Shown piece by piece: positions 22,761 through 32,048 of a stretch of 64,000 bases of DNA. The translations under genes and the position numbers were made by a program. The stretch's first letter is position 1. Every line of letters starts with the position of its first letter. The notes under the pieces are model-generated. The model was not told where the DNA came from, made no database searches, and saw only the letters and a list, made by a program, of their open reading frames with translations. Source of the stretch: Terriglobia bacterium (lineage in GTDB: Bacteria; Acidobacteriota; Terriglobia; 20CM-2-55-15); assembly GCA_965198225.1 (NCBI GenBank), contig CBDAOY010000005.1:256001-320000 (forward strand), written 5' to 3'.

Positions 22761-22842
22761 TTAACCACGGAGGCGCGGAGGCACGGAGATTGCCAAGAGA
22801 CATCGGCAACAAGACATCCCTCCTCCGTGTCTCCGTGGTCAA
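22761..22842. repeat. Family A empty inverted repeat
   Basis: ttaaccacggaggcgcggaggcacggag...ctccgtgtctccgtggtcaa. Confidence 0.85.
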
Positions 22843-22899
22843 ACCAAGTCCCCTCCGCTGTTCAGTTGAAGGGCGTATGTTAGGATTTATGTTTAGCTT

Positions 22900-24747
22900 A
22901 TGAGGGATTTTCTCGACACGCTCCAGGAGCGCGTACTCGTTTGCGACGGGGCGATGGGCACGATGCTCTACGGCAAGGGAGTGTTCATAAATCGTTGTTT
23001 TGACGAGCTCAACATCTCCTCGCCGGAAATGGTCAAGGAGGTTCATTCCGAATACATCGCGGCCGGTGCCGACATCATCGAAACGAACACGTTCGGTGCG
23101 AACCGGCACAAGTTGATGATGCACGGGCTGGGCGCGCAGCTGGAAGAAATCAACCGCCAGGGAGCGCGAATCGCGAAGGGAGCCGCGGGCGACGACGCCT
23201 TCGTCGCCGGCGCGATCGGTCCGCTCGACATCCGTATCGAACCCTGGGGCAAGACATCGATCGACGACGCCCGGGCGGCTTTTGCCGAGCAGGCTCGCGC
23301 TCTGCGGGAAGGCGGAGTCGACCTGTTCATCCTCGAAACCTTTTCGGACCTAAACGAAGTTCATGCCGCGATCCGAGGTGTTCGTGACGCATCCGACCTT
23401 CCTATCGTCGCCCAGATGACGATCGAGGAGGACGGGAACAGCCTCGAGGGAACGCCGCCGGAGGTGTTCGGCCGAAGGCTCGATGAGTGGGGCGCCGATG
23501 TCGTCGGCCTCAACTGCAGCGTCGGCCCTCAGGCGATGCTGGATGGGCTGGAAAGACTGGCCCTGATCACGACCAGGAAGCTCTCCGTGCTGCCGAACGC
23601 GGGACGTCCGCGAAACGTCGAAGGCCGTAACCTCTATCTCTGTTCGCCGGAATACATGGCTTCCTATGCCCGCAAGTTTGTCCGATACGGCGCGGGTATC
23701 GTCGGCGGATGCTGCGGGACGACGCCGCAGCACATCCAGGCCCTCCGCGCCGCCGTTCGTTCGGAAGAGCCCGGCGTCCGACACCGTATCGTGTCTGCCG
23801 CCCCCGCCCCCGCACCCCATCCGGAGACGGTTCCGTTCGAAGAAAAATCGGAAATCGCCAGGAAGCTGGCTGCCGATGAGTTCGTGTACTTTGTCGAGCT
23901 GATGCCGCCGCACGGCCACGAGGCGGACCAGGCGATCATCGATGCGAAGAGGCTCCGCTGCGCCGGAATCGACGCCATCACGATCGTCGAGGCGGCGCTA
24001 TCCAGTGCCCGGATGAGCGCGGTGTCGCTGGCGGTCCTGCTGAAGAGGGCCGCCGAGATTCCCACCTGCGTCCGGTACACTTGCTGCGATCACAACCTGA
24101 TGGGTATGCAGGCGGATCTGTTGGGAGCCTATGCCCTGGGCCTGAGAAACCTGCTTCTTGTCACCGGCGACCCTCCCCGGCTCGGGGACTACCCCGACGC
24201 GACGGCGGTCTTCGACGTCGACTCCATTGGGCTCACGAACATGGTCACACACCTGAACAGGGGGATCGACGTCGGCGGCAAGGAGATGGGACGGCCCACC
24301 GGTTTCCTGGTCGGCGTGATGGCAAACCCCGGCGCCGTCGATATCGATCGTGAGATGAAGCGGCTCTACTACAAGATCGAAGCCGGTGCGGAGTTCTTGG
24401 TCACGCCGCCGGTTTTCGATAGCACGCTGCTCGATCGGTTCGTCCGGAAGATCGAGCAGTACCGGAAGCCGGTCATCGCGGGGCTGATCCCGCTGGCCAG
24501 CTACAAGAACGCGGAGTTCCTAAATAACGAGGTCCCGGGATCGTCGATTCCCGATCCGATCCTGGACCGAATGCGCAACGCGGCAACGCCCGAAGCTGCC
24601 AAGGCGGAAGGCGTGCGGATCGCCCAGGAAACACTGCAGGCAATCCATGGAATGGTTCACGGGGTGCAGATCTCTCCTCCGTTGAACGACTACGACCGTG
24701 TCATCGAGATCCTGTCCGTCGTGGGATCAAAAGGAGCAGCATCGTGA
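22900..24747 (+). CDS. Bifunctional homocysteine S-methyltransferase / methylenetetrahydrofolate reductase (YitJ-like)
   Basis: DGAMGT, GLNC and GGCCGTTP, followed by an MTHFR domain with TGDPP. Confidence 0.9.
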   Translation: MRDFLDTLQERVLVCDGAMGTMLYGKGVFINRCFDELNISSPEMVKEVHSEYIAAGADIIETNTFGANRHKLMMHGLGAQLEEINRQGARIAKGAAGDDAFVAGAIGPLDIRIEPWGKTSIDDARAAFAEQARALREGGVDLFILETFSDLNEVHAAIRGVRDASDLPIVAQMTIEEDGNSLEGTPPEVFGRRLDEWGADVVGLNCSVGPQAMLDGLERLALITTRKLSVLPNAGRPRNVEGRNLYLCSPEYMASYARKFVRYGAGIVGGCCGTTPQHIQALRAAVRSEEPGVRHRIVSAAPAPAPHPETVPFEEKSEIARKLAADEFVYFVELMPPHGHEADQAIIDAKRLRCAGIDAITIVEAALSSARMSAVSLAVLLKRAAEIPTCVRYTCCDHNLMGMQADLLGAYALGLRNLLLVTGDPPRLGDYPDATAVFDVDSIGLTNMVTHLNRGIDVGGKEMGRPTGFLVGVMANPGAVDIDREMKRLYYKIEAGAEFLVTPPVFDSTLLDRFVRKIEQYRKPVIAGLIPLASYKNAEFLNNEVPGSSIPDPILDRMRNAATPEAAKAEGVRIAQETLQAIHGMVHGVQISPPLNDYDRVIEILSVVGSKGAAS

Positions 24748-25349
24748 GAACACTCGTCATCATCAGCCTACTCGTATTCGTGCCCCTGGCCGTCGCTCAG
24801 GATCTCGAAGATCTGGATCCCGGACTCTACGCCCACTTTGATACGACCGCGGGTGAATTCACCGTCGAACTGTTTCAGGAGGAAGCACCGAAGACGGTCG
24901 GGAACTTCGTCAACCTGGCCACGGGCCGACAGGACTGGAGACACCCCGTGACCGGCGAGGTCCGCAAGGATACCCCCTACTACGACGGCATTATTTTCCA
25001 TCGCGTCATCGCAGATTTCATGATCCAGACGGGAGACCCGAGCGGTACCGGCGCCGGAGGCCCGGGCTACACGATCCCCGACGAATTTGCCGGGGGACTC
25101 CGGCACAGCCGGGAAGGTATCGTTTCGATGGCCAACAAGAACGTTGCGGACAGCGGCAGCGCCCAGTTCTTCATCACGCTCGCAGCTACTCGTTTCCTGG
25201 ACGGAAAGCATGCCATCTTCGGACGGGTCGCCAAGGGAATCAATATCATCCGAAGTATCGGTAGAGTTCGAGTCGGCGACCGGGACAAGCCTATCAGGGA
25301 CGTCACGATCAACAAGGTGACGATACTGCGGAAGCAGGAGAAGGAGTGA
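24744..25349 (+). CDS. Cyclophilin-type peptidyl-prolyl isomerase, exported
   Basis: FHRVIADFMIQTGDP, QFFITL and LDGKHAIFG motifs; signal peptide. Confidence 0.92.
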   Translation: MRTLVIISLLVFVPLAVAQDLEDLDPGLYAHFDTTAGEFTVELFQEEAPKTVGNFVNLATGRQDWRHPVTGEVRKDTPYYDGIIFHRVIADFMIQTGDPSGTGAGGPGYTIPDEFAGGLRHSREGIVSMANKNVADSGSAQFFITLAATRFLDGKHAIFGRVAKGINIIRSIGRVRVGDRDKPIRDVTINKVTILRKQEKE

Positions 25350-25368
25350 GAAAGGCTCGGGCGCCTCG

Positions 25369-25418
25369 AACCCGGGGACAGGGCAAGCCCTGTCCCCCTC
25401 ACAGTGGCTCTCTCGCGG
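25369..25418. repeat. Family D hairpin repeat
   Basis: aacccggggacagggcaagccctgtccccctcacagtggctctctcgcgg is close to the reverse complement of 21611-21662. Confidence 0.75.
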
Positions 25419-25448
25419 TACGCTGGTGCGGAGCGGGGACAGCTCGTT

Positions 25449-26855
25449 CTAGCGGGAAGTTTCCCGGGCGATTACTTCGACGAATTCCTGAGCACTGTAG
25501 CCGGATGAGACGACCGGCACCCCCAGTTCCTCTTCGACCTCGGTAATCGTCAGATCATCCAGGAACAGGTATTCCTCTCCGATCATTGATTCGGCGGGAA
25601 GGACGACGAAGTCGCCGTGCACCTTGCCCTTCAAGGCCCGAACGAAATCACTTCCTGTCAGCAGGCCGGCGACATTAACGCCGGAACCCCAGAACCGGTT
25701 TTCGACGGCTACCGTCTTCAGATCGAGGCGGAACCTGGCCACGCACTCCTCCAGGTGTCGGTGGAACAAACGGCCGGTGCATATCGTGCCCATTCGTGAT
25801 GCGGCGGGCGGCATGAACTTCCGGATCGCTCGATCGAACTCATCGAGAAACGTCCGGACCATGCCGACGCCGTTCTCGATCTGCGGAAACTCGGCGTAGT
25901 GACTCTCGGGTGGCAGGACCTGCCCGGCCAGTATGTAGAACTCGTCTCCGAGAAAAACAAAGGGTGTGTCCCACTTGTCTTCGTAGTGGCGTTGGATAGG
26001 CTCGACGTGCGCGATCGTAGCTCGTGCGTAGTCTGGAGTAACCGAATCGAGTTTGGGCAGGTTCTCGCGATGATCCGTCAGCCCGAGCGGTACGACGGCG
26101 ACGGACTGAACCCCCGGATGGCGCCCGGCGAGGTCCTCGATCGTCTGTTCCAGGTGCGCCCCATCGTTGAGGCCGGGACATAGAACGACCTGGCAGTGCA
26201 GCATGATGCCCGCCTCCGTCAGCCGGTCCAGCTTGGTATCGAGGCCGTCATAGGTCGTGTTGCCGAGCATGGCGGTACGCAGCTCCGGTTCGGTGGCATG
26301 CACGGAAATATAGAGGGGTGAGAGCCGTTGCTCGATGATCCGTTCGAGCTCGTCTTCGGCAACATTGGTCAGCGTAAGATAGTTTCCGAAAAGGAACGAC
26401 AGGCGGTAGTCCTCATCCTTGATCCGAAGCGAGCGCCGGGTGTTGCCGGGATTCTGATGAACGAAGCAGAATACGCAGTCGTTGTCGCAGACGAGAGGCT
26501 CGATCGGTTCGAACTCGACCCCGAAATCTTCCCATTCCCGGCGGACGAACCCGAGAGTCCGATCCTGCGTCCGGAGCGACATCCGCTCGCCGACGCCGGC
26601 GACCCCGAACTGAAAGTCAACCACATCCAGGAGCGGGTCGCCGTTCAGTTCGAGCACCTCGTCTCCAGGTTTCAGTCCGATACGTTCGGCCAGAGATCGT
26701 CGATCTACAGACAGAACCCGTAGCGGTTGGCCGGCCCTTTTGCGTGCAGGCGGGGCGTGACGGTACTCATGCTGCGCGCTGATCTTTCGCGCGACGTCCT
26801 GGTCGTTCGTGCGACGGACGTAGGCGCCGGTGGAGAACTGCTTCTTCCGGGTCAT
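25449..26855 (-). CDS. PDZ + DUF512 putative radical SAM protein
   Basis: CDNDCVFCF, KDEDYRLSF and QIENGVGM motifs; start MTRKKQ overlaps the pgsA-like stop. Confidence 0.85.
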   Translation of the reverse strand: MTRKKQFSTGAYVRRTNDQDVARKISAQHEYRHAPPARKRAGQPLRVLSVDRRSLAERIGLKPGDEVLELNGDPLLDVVDFQFGVAGVGERMSLRTQDRTLGFVRREWEDFGVEFEPIEPLVCDNDCVFCFVHQNPGNTRRSLRIKDEDYRLSFLFGNYLTLTNVAEDELERIIEQRLSPLYISVHATEPELRTAMLGNTTYDGLDTKLDRLTEAGIMLHCQVVLCPGLNDGAHLEQTIEDLAGRHPGVQSVAVVPLGLTDHRENLPKLDSVTPDYARATIAHVEPIQRHYEDKWDTPFVFLGDEFYILAGQVLPPESHYAEFPQIENGVGMVRTFLDEFDRAIRKFMPPAASRMGTICTGRLFHRHLEECVARFRLDLKTVAVENRFWGSGVNVAGLLTGSDFVRALKGKVHGDFVVLPAESMIGEEYLFLDDLTITEVEEELGVPVVSSGYSAQEFVEVIARETSR

Positions 26856-27439
26856 CCGTTCTCGAGCAGTTTCCGGCCGATCGCAAGGTAGTTGAGGCCC
26901 GAAATCGCCGTCAGCAAGCCCGTCAGGATGAACAGGAAGTACAGTCCGGGCTCCTGCACATTCATCCAGTTGTAGGCCAGAACGACAAACACCGTCAGGA
27001 GTTGGAATGCCGTACTCGCCTTGCCGTACATTGTCGGCGGAAAGGTTCTGAAACCGTGGACAAGAACGAAGGCAAGGCTGCCCAACAGGATGAACACATC
27101 TCTGAAGATGACCAGCAGCAGCAGCCACAGAGGTATTGCGTTGGCAAACCCCATCTCGGGAAGCGACAGTACGACGATGGAACTGATCATCAGGAGCTTG
27201 TCCGCGATCGGATCCAGAATCGCGCCGACCGATGTCTTCTGGCCGAAACGCCGCGCGATGATTCCATCGAGGCCATCGGTCAGACCCGCTGCCAGGAATG
27301 TCAGCAACGCCCAACCGAGCCGGTTGTAGACGAGCAGAATGATAAACACAGGCACGAAGACGATCCGCAGGATCGTCAGCTGGTTCGCCAGCGTGAGGAT
27401 GTTCGGCTCGTAATGCTCGACTGTCTTGCTGGGTGACAT
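26852..27439 (-). CDS. CDP-alcohol phosphatidyltransferase (PgsA-like)
   Basis: DGLDGIIARR...GAILDPIADK motif. Confidence 0.9.
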   Translation of the reverse strand: MSPSKTVEHYEPNILTLANQLTILRIVFVPVFIILLVYNRLGWALLTFLAAGLTDGLDGIIARRFGQKTSVGAILDPIADKLLMISSIVVLSLPEMGFANAIPLWLLLLVIFRDVFILLGSLAFVLVHGFRTFPPTMYGKASTAFQLLTVFVVLAYNWMNVQEPGLYFLFILTGLLTAISGLNYLAIGRKLLENG

Positions 27440-27613
27440 TTTCTAGTTCCTGTTATTCCACCGGGCTCTCATCTACGCGGATTGCTCTGATTCTTTTGAG
27501 AATGAACTACCCGCGCACTACCTCGCCTTGTCAAGAGAGTGTCCCCGTAAACAAAAGGACGCAGGGACCAGGGTCCGTGCGTCCTTCAATCGTTCGATCC
27601 GGGCGACGTTCGG

Positions 27614-28042
27614 TTATTGCACAGTCACCGGAACCGCGGTATCGACCACCTGGCGGGAGCAGAAGCCGTCCGCCTTGGAGCAGAAGAAGTAGACGAGTGT
27701 CGCGGGAATCTCGTAGGCTCCCGCCTCCGCGGCCTCGACGACGATATCGAATGTCGGCACGTCGACGTAGTACTCGTCCGTCGATTTCGGGTCTTCCGAA
27801 GATGAAACCAGACTGGTGTCGGTCAGCGTCAGACCCTCGATCCCTTCGAGTTTCAGTTGAATCGGAGGAATGCGGTTGATGACGTACCCTTTCTTGACGT
27901 CGAAGGAAACCTTGACCTCTCCCGTCTCGCCGGCCGGAATGGACTTCTCGGAAAAAGCGGGCTCCATGACCTGGGGCAACGCGGCGCCCGGACCGGAGAG
28001 CTGCGCCAGAAGAAGGATGATTCCAACCGCAAAGTTCACCAT
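27614..28042 (-). CDS. Exported DsbD N-terminal-like domain protein
   Basis: Signal peptide, Ig-like beta pattern and YFFCSKADGFC. Confidence 0.6.
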   Translation of the reverse strand: MVNFAVGIILLLAQLSGPGAALPQVMEPAFSEKSIPAGETGEVKVSFDVKKGYVINRIPPIQLKLEGIEGLTLTDTSLVSSSEDPKSTDEYYVDVPTFDIVVEAAEAGAYEIPATLVYFFCSKADGFCSRQVVDTAVPVTVQ

Positions 28043-28118
28043 AATAGTCTCCTTTGATGCGACGCACTGACACCTCGTGCGGGAAGCTATCGGGGTGCAA
28101 GTCGTTCAGAATTATAGC

Positions 28119-29210
28119 ATGAGAATTACTTCGGTCGTGGGCGCCCGGCCCAACTTCATGAAGATCGCGCCGATTGCGGCCCTCCTGGCAGATGTCGGGG
28201 ACGTCCGGCACTACCTGGTCCATACCGGACAGCACTACGACCAGGGTATGTCGGACGTTTTCTTTCGAGATTTGTCAATTCCGGTGCCCGATATCGACTT
28301 GGGAGTCGGCTCGGCCTCCCACGCCGTCCAGACGGCCCGGATCATGGAGGAGTTCGAAAAGGTCTGCCTCTCGGAGCGGCCGGACGTGATCATAGTCGTT
28401 GGCGACGTGAATTCGACGATGGCCTGCACGCTGGTCGCGGCAAAGCTCCTGATCCCGGTGGCCCACGTGGAAGCCGGCCTGCGGAGCTTCGACCGGACGA
28501 TGCCCGAGGAGATCAATCGCCTCGTCACCGATGCGCTCGCCGAAATCCTGTTCACAACGAGTCGCGACGCCGACGAGAACCTCAAACGGGAAGGTGTCCC
28601 GGAAAAAAAGATCCACTTCGTCGGGAACGTCATGATCGACACCCTGCTGCAACACCGCGAGAAGGCCACGTCGCTCGATGTCGCCACGGGCCTCGGGCTG
28701 GACGGTGGCGGTTACGCCGTGATGACCCTTCACCGACCCTCCAACGTGGACGACCCCATCGTGCTCCAGGGCATCCTTGAATCGGTGCAGGAAATCTCGA
28801 AGTCAATGCCCGTCGTCTTTCCAATCCATCCCCGTACATCGGGGCGCATCCGGGAGTTCGAACTGGATCCTCTGGTCCACGGCGCCGTCCGTATCTGTGA
28901 TCCCCTCGGGTACCTGGAGTTCCTCAACCTGATGTCTGAAGCACGGTTCGTGCTCACCGATTCCGGCGGCCTTCAAGAAGAGACGACAATCCTGGGCATT
29001 CCCTGCTTGACCATCCGCGAAAACACCGAGCGACCTGTCACGATCACCGAAGGGAGCAACCTGCTGGTCGGAACCGACCCGGAGCGGATCCTGGAGGCAG
29101 CTCGAAAGATCCTTGCCGGCCATTGGAAGGAATCCAGGGTGCCGGAGTACTGGGATGGGAAGGCGGCCGAGAGGATCGTGAAGATCCTGACTGCAACGAA
29201 ACCCGCCTGA
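28119..29210 (+). CDS. wecB: UDP-N-acetylglucosamine 2-epimerase (non-hydrolysing)
   Basis: GARPNFMK, HTGQHYD, HVEAGLRS and TDSGGLQEE motifs. Confidence 0.92.
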   Translation: MRITSVVGARPNFMKIAPIAALLADVGDVRHYLVHTGQHYDQGMSDVFFRDLSIPVPDIDLGVGSASHAVQTARIMEEFEKVCLSERPDVIIVVGDVNSTMACTLVAAKLLIPVAHVEAGLRSFDRTMPEEINRLVTDALAEILFTTSRDADENLKREGVPEKKIHFVGNVMIDTLLQHREKATSLDVATGLGLDGGGYAVMTLHRPSNVDDPIVLQGILESVQEISKSMPVVFPIHPRTSGRIREFELDPLVHGAVRICDPLGYLEFLNLMSEARFVLTDSGGLQEETTILGIPCLTIRENTERPVTITEGSNLLVGTDPERILEAARKILAGHWKESRVPEYWDGKAAERIVKILTATKPA

Positions 29211-29242
29211 ACCTGATACGCACACGAACGCATGCGGATCCG

Positions 29243-29336
29243 TTAACCACAGAGGCACGAAGGCACAGACGTTTCTGGTCTGTGTGGAAGTGTATCCCGA
29301 TACAAATCCTCCGTGCCTCGGCGCCTCCGTGGTTCA
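29243..29336. repeat. Family A empty inverted repeat
   Basis: ttaaccacagaggcacgaaggcacaga...ctccgtgcctcggcgcctccgtggtt. Confidence 0.85.
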
Positions 29337-29636
29337 GAAAGTCTTCAAATCTGCGAACTAGTAGGTCGCGTCCCGCGCACAGTTTCTCCCGCCGCTCCAA
29401 TCACATCAGCCACTTAGCATTGGTACTCCCGATGCACCTATCAGCATGTTCCGGTGGTCGCCCTCGGGGGCTCATTTAACCGAAGGGCCGGTGCTTCCGA
29501 GGGCTCTGCCGGCGCATTCTCCAGGTTCCTCTCGGCGGTTAGGGGGTGAGGCTGTGTATTTATCAATGCAAAGGGCCGCAGTCGCACAGACCGCCGAGAG
29601 GAGACATCGCAAACCCTATCCTCAGAAGGAGGTCCC

Positions 29637-29927
29637 ATGTCCCGAAAGATTCTTGCCGGCACGATTGTGGCGACCCTTTTGTTCAGCATGGCAGCCATCG
29701 CCGGACAGCGTGGAAACCCGATGCCGGAACCTGTCAAGCTGGTCGACATCAACTCCGCGCCAATGGAAGACATCGAAACCGTCGTGATGAATGAGCTTCT
29801 CGCGAAGAAGATCATCGACAATCGTCCTTACGCCAACAAGAGGCAGTTGGTGACTCGAAAATTGATCACGTTCGAACATTACGAAGAGATCAAGGATCGA
29901 ATCATAGCCAGGCGAGGCCCACAGTAG
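29637..29927 (+). CDS. Exported helix-hairpin-helix (ComEA-like) protein
   Basis: Signal peptide and VDINSA...AKKIIDNRPY...YEEIKDRIIA; AGGAGG RBS. Confidence 0.75.
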   Translation: MSRKILAGTIVATLLFSMAAIAGQRGNPMPEPVKLVDINSAPMEDIETVVMNELLAKKIIDNRPYANKRQLVTRKLITFEHYEEIKDRIIARRGPQ

Positions 29928-29935
29928 GCCTGCCG

Positions 29936-30223
29936 ATGTACGTGCGGATGGTCATCGGTGAAGCGGCCCACAAGGAGCAGGTAACCGAGTTTGCCGGCAT
30001 CTATCACTCCGAGGTTCTTCCAAAGCTTCAGCAGGAGCCGGGGTTTCGGTCGGCAAATCTAATGATCGAAGACGGGGGGCGTATGGCTGTTTCGCTGACG
30101 GCATGGAACTCTCGCGAGGACTGCCTGAAGTATCACTCCAGCCTCGCCTACCGCGAGTTCGTAGAAAAGACACATCACCTATTGACCGGCGAATTCGTGG
30201 TCAAGCTGTTCAACGCGGTTTAG
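29936..30223 (+). CDS. Antibiotic biosynthesis monooxygenase (ABM)-like protein
   Basis: Dimeric alpha/beta barrel pattern QEPGF...LTAWNSRED. Confidence 0.65.
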   Translation: MYVRMVIGEAAHKEQVTEFAGIYHSEVLPKLQQEPGFRSANLMIEDGGRMAVSLTAWNSREDCLKYHSSLAYREFVEKTHHLLTGEFVVKLFNAV

Positions 30224-30275
30224 ACGCTTGATCCTCGAGTTTGAGGATTCGCCCTCTGATGGCGGGGATCAAGCG

Positions 30276-30365
30276 TGCTGTCAGCGATCAGCCTTCAGCT
30301 ACTTTGGGAACGGGGCGATAGCCCCATCCGGTGGAGCCGATAGCTGAACGCTGATGGCTGATCGC
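30276..30365. repeat. Inverted 7-mer tandem repeat (family E)
   Basis: gctgtcagcgatcagccttcagct ... agccgatagctgaacgctgatggctgatcgc. Confidence 0.65.
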
Positions 30366-30380
30366 ATACTCGCAATGGAA

Positions 30381-31394
30381 CTACTCGGCCTTCTTCCGGT
30401 AAGGCCGAAAGTCGACATTGCAGCGGTGACGCCGGAGGAAATCCATGAACCTCTTGTAGTCCGAGTCGGGCATCTTGAACAGGCGCACCATCTTCCGGTA
30501 GTTTCCTTGAGTCTGAAGAAGCCCGCGCCGTATCACTGCTTCGACCTGACGCTTCGTGATCAAGCGCTCGGTGTAGGGTCGAGCAACCGACTCCCAGAAA
30601 TCGTCCACAATGATCTCGTCGAAAGTCTCCCGGGTCAGGACATCGGTCGGTAAGGCGATCGCGTCCGGACCGATTGCTTCGGCCTCGACCGTGTAGTACG
30701 CGCTTTCGACGACGTTCTGAAGCTCCCGAATATTGCCGGGATAGGAGTAGCTCTCGAGTTTCTTCATGGCGTCGTTCGTCAAAGTTCTGACCTGGTGGTT
30801 TCGGATATTCAGTTCGCCGATGACGCTCGCGACAATTAGCGGGATGTCTCCTTTGCGCTTCCGGAGCGGCGGTATCTGGATTGGAAAGACGTTCAGCCGG
30901 TACAGCAGGTCTTCGCGGAACTCACCGGATCGGGTCATCGCCCGCAGGTCGCAATTCGTGGCCGCGATCACGCGGAGCTCGAGCTTTCGATCGACCAGAT
31001 CTCCAAGCCTGCGAACCTGCCGCTCCTGCAGCACACGCAGGAACTTCACCTGAAAGCGCTTCGAAGTGTTACTGATCTCATCTAGGAACAGCGTCCCGTG
31101 GTTGGCTTCTTCAAACAGGCCGGGCTTGTCGGCCACGGCCGTTGTGAACGCACCGCGCCGGTGGCCGAACAACTCGCTCTCGACCAGATCTTCGGGTACG
31201 GCACCGCAGTCGACCGGAACGAACCGGCCTCCGTTCGACTGGCCAAGATCGTGGATCGAGCGGGCCACGAGTTCCTTGCCAGTGCCCGTTTCTCCTTCGA
31301 TCAGAACCGAACTCGCCGCCCGTGCGGCCGCCCGGATCCTCGATTTCAGTATCTGCATCGCATCACTCTGCCCGATCAGTTTCGTATCCGTCAT
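30381..31394 (-). CDS. Sigma54-dependent enhancer-binding protein lacking an N-terminal sensor domain
   Basis: GETGTGKE, ESELFGH, GAFTTA, FREDLLYRLNV and YPGNIRELQN motifs; start at MTDTKLIG. Confidence 0.88.
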   Translation of the reverse strand: MTDTKLIGQSDAMQILKSRIRAAARAASSVLIEGETGTGKELVARSIHDLGQSNGGRFVPVDCGAVPEDLVESELFGHRRGAFTTAVADKPGLFEEANHGTLFLDEISNTSKRFQVKFLRVLQERQVRRLGDLVDRKLELRVIAATNCDLRAMTRSGEFREDLLYRLNVFPIQIPPLRKRKGDIPLIVASVIGELNIRNHQVRTLTNDAMKKLESYSYPGNIRELQNVVESAYYTVEAEAIGPDAIALPTDVLTRETFDEIIVDDFWESVARPYTERLITKRQVEAVIRRGLLQTQGNYRKMVRLFKMPDSDYKRFMDFLRRHRCNVDFRPYRKKAE

Positions 31395-31415
31395 GTCTAC
31401 AGAGCCGGAGGAGCC

Positions 31416-31952
31416 GTGGAGAAGGTCACACAAGAAATCGAGCTGGGTACGGTAGAAATCTCGAGGGAAGTCCGCAAGACCGTTCGAATACTCAACGGCC
31501 GGCCGGATCCGGATCTGGAGCAGGAGGCGTTTCTGGGCGTACTGCGAGCGTTTCGCCGGTCCGAGCCCGTGCGGCACCCACGGGCGCTCATCCGGAAGAT
31601 CACCCGGGACACCGTCATCGACCAGTGGCGCCTTCAACAGCGGCATCGATGGGACCCGATCGAATGCGTTCCGGACCGGTTCGTCACAGGTGGGTCCACG
31701 CAGGAAGCTGAACTGGAACGGGACCGAACGATCGAAACGCTGCGGGAAGCCATCCTGGGGTTGGGGTGTGAAATCCGCGGACCCGTCTATCTGTTCTACC
31801 TGGAGGGTTATTCGATCAAGACGATTGCCCGGATCTACGGCAAGTCGACCTCGGCCGTCAAGATGGCCCTCCACCGTGGGCGACGACGGGTCGCCGAAAT
31901 CATCCACGCGACCGCGACTATTAGTCGCGCAGATCAAGACATTAACGGCTGA
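31416..31952 (+). CDS. ECF-family RNA polymerase sigma factor
   Basis: GGAGGAG RBS with GTG; region 2-like DLEQEAFL and region 4 LFYLEGYSIKTIA...AVKMALHRGR. Confidence 0.75.
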   Translation: MEKVTQEIELGTVEISREVRKTVRILNGRPDPDLEQEAFLGVLRAFRRSEPVRHPRALIRKITRDTVIDQWRLQQRHRWDPIECVPDRFVTGGSTQEAELERDRTIETLREAILGLGCEIRGPVYLFYLEGYSIKTIARIYGKSTSAVKMALHRGRRRVAEIIHATATISRADQDING

Positions 31953-31989
31953 GAAAATCGCATGTCGCTGAATTCAATGGGTCATCGAA

Positions 31990-32005
31990 TGGTACCCGAC
32001 GTGAA
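31990..32005 (+). promoter_or_regulatory. Candidate sigma54 -24/-12 promoter
   Basis: TGGTAC-CCGAC-GTGAA has the right spacing but GA instead of GC at -12; about 45 nt upstream of the first precursor. Confidence 0.35.
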
Positions 32006-32048
32006 CTTAAACGTGACAATCCCGGCCCCGAAAAGGGAGGAAGAAACG

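Noticed and set aside
26856-27314. DUF512 ORF extension to 621 aa
   Set aside because: It overlaps the pgsA-like gene in another frame; the coupled ATGA start is at 26855.
31395-31937. 180-aa N-terminal extension of the sigma54 activator in the ORF track
   Set aside because: It is antisense to the ECF sigma gene and has no recognisable sensor domain.
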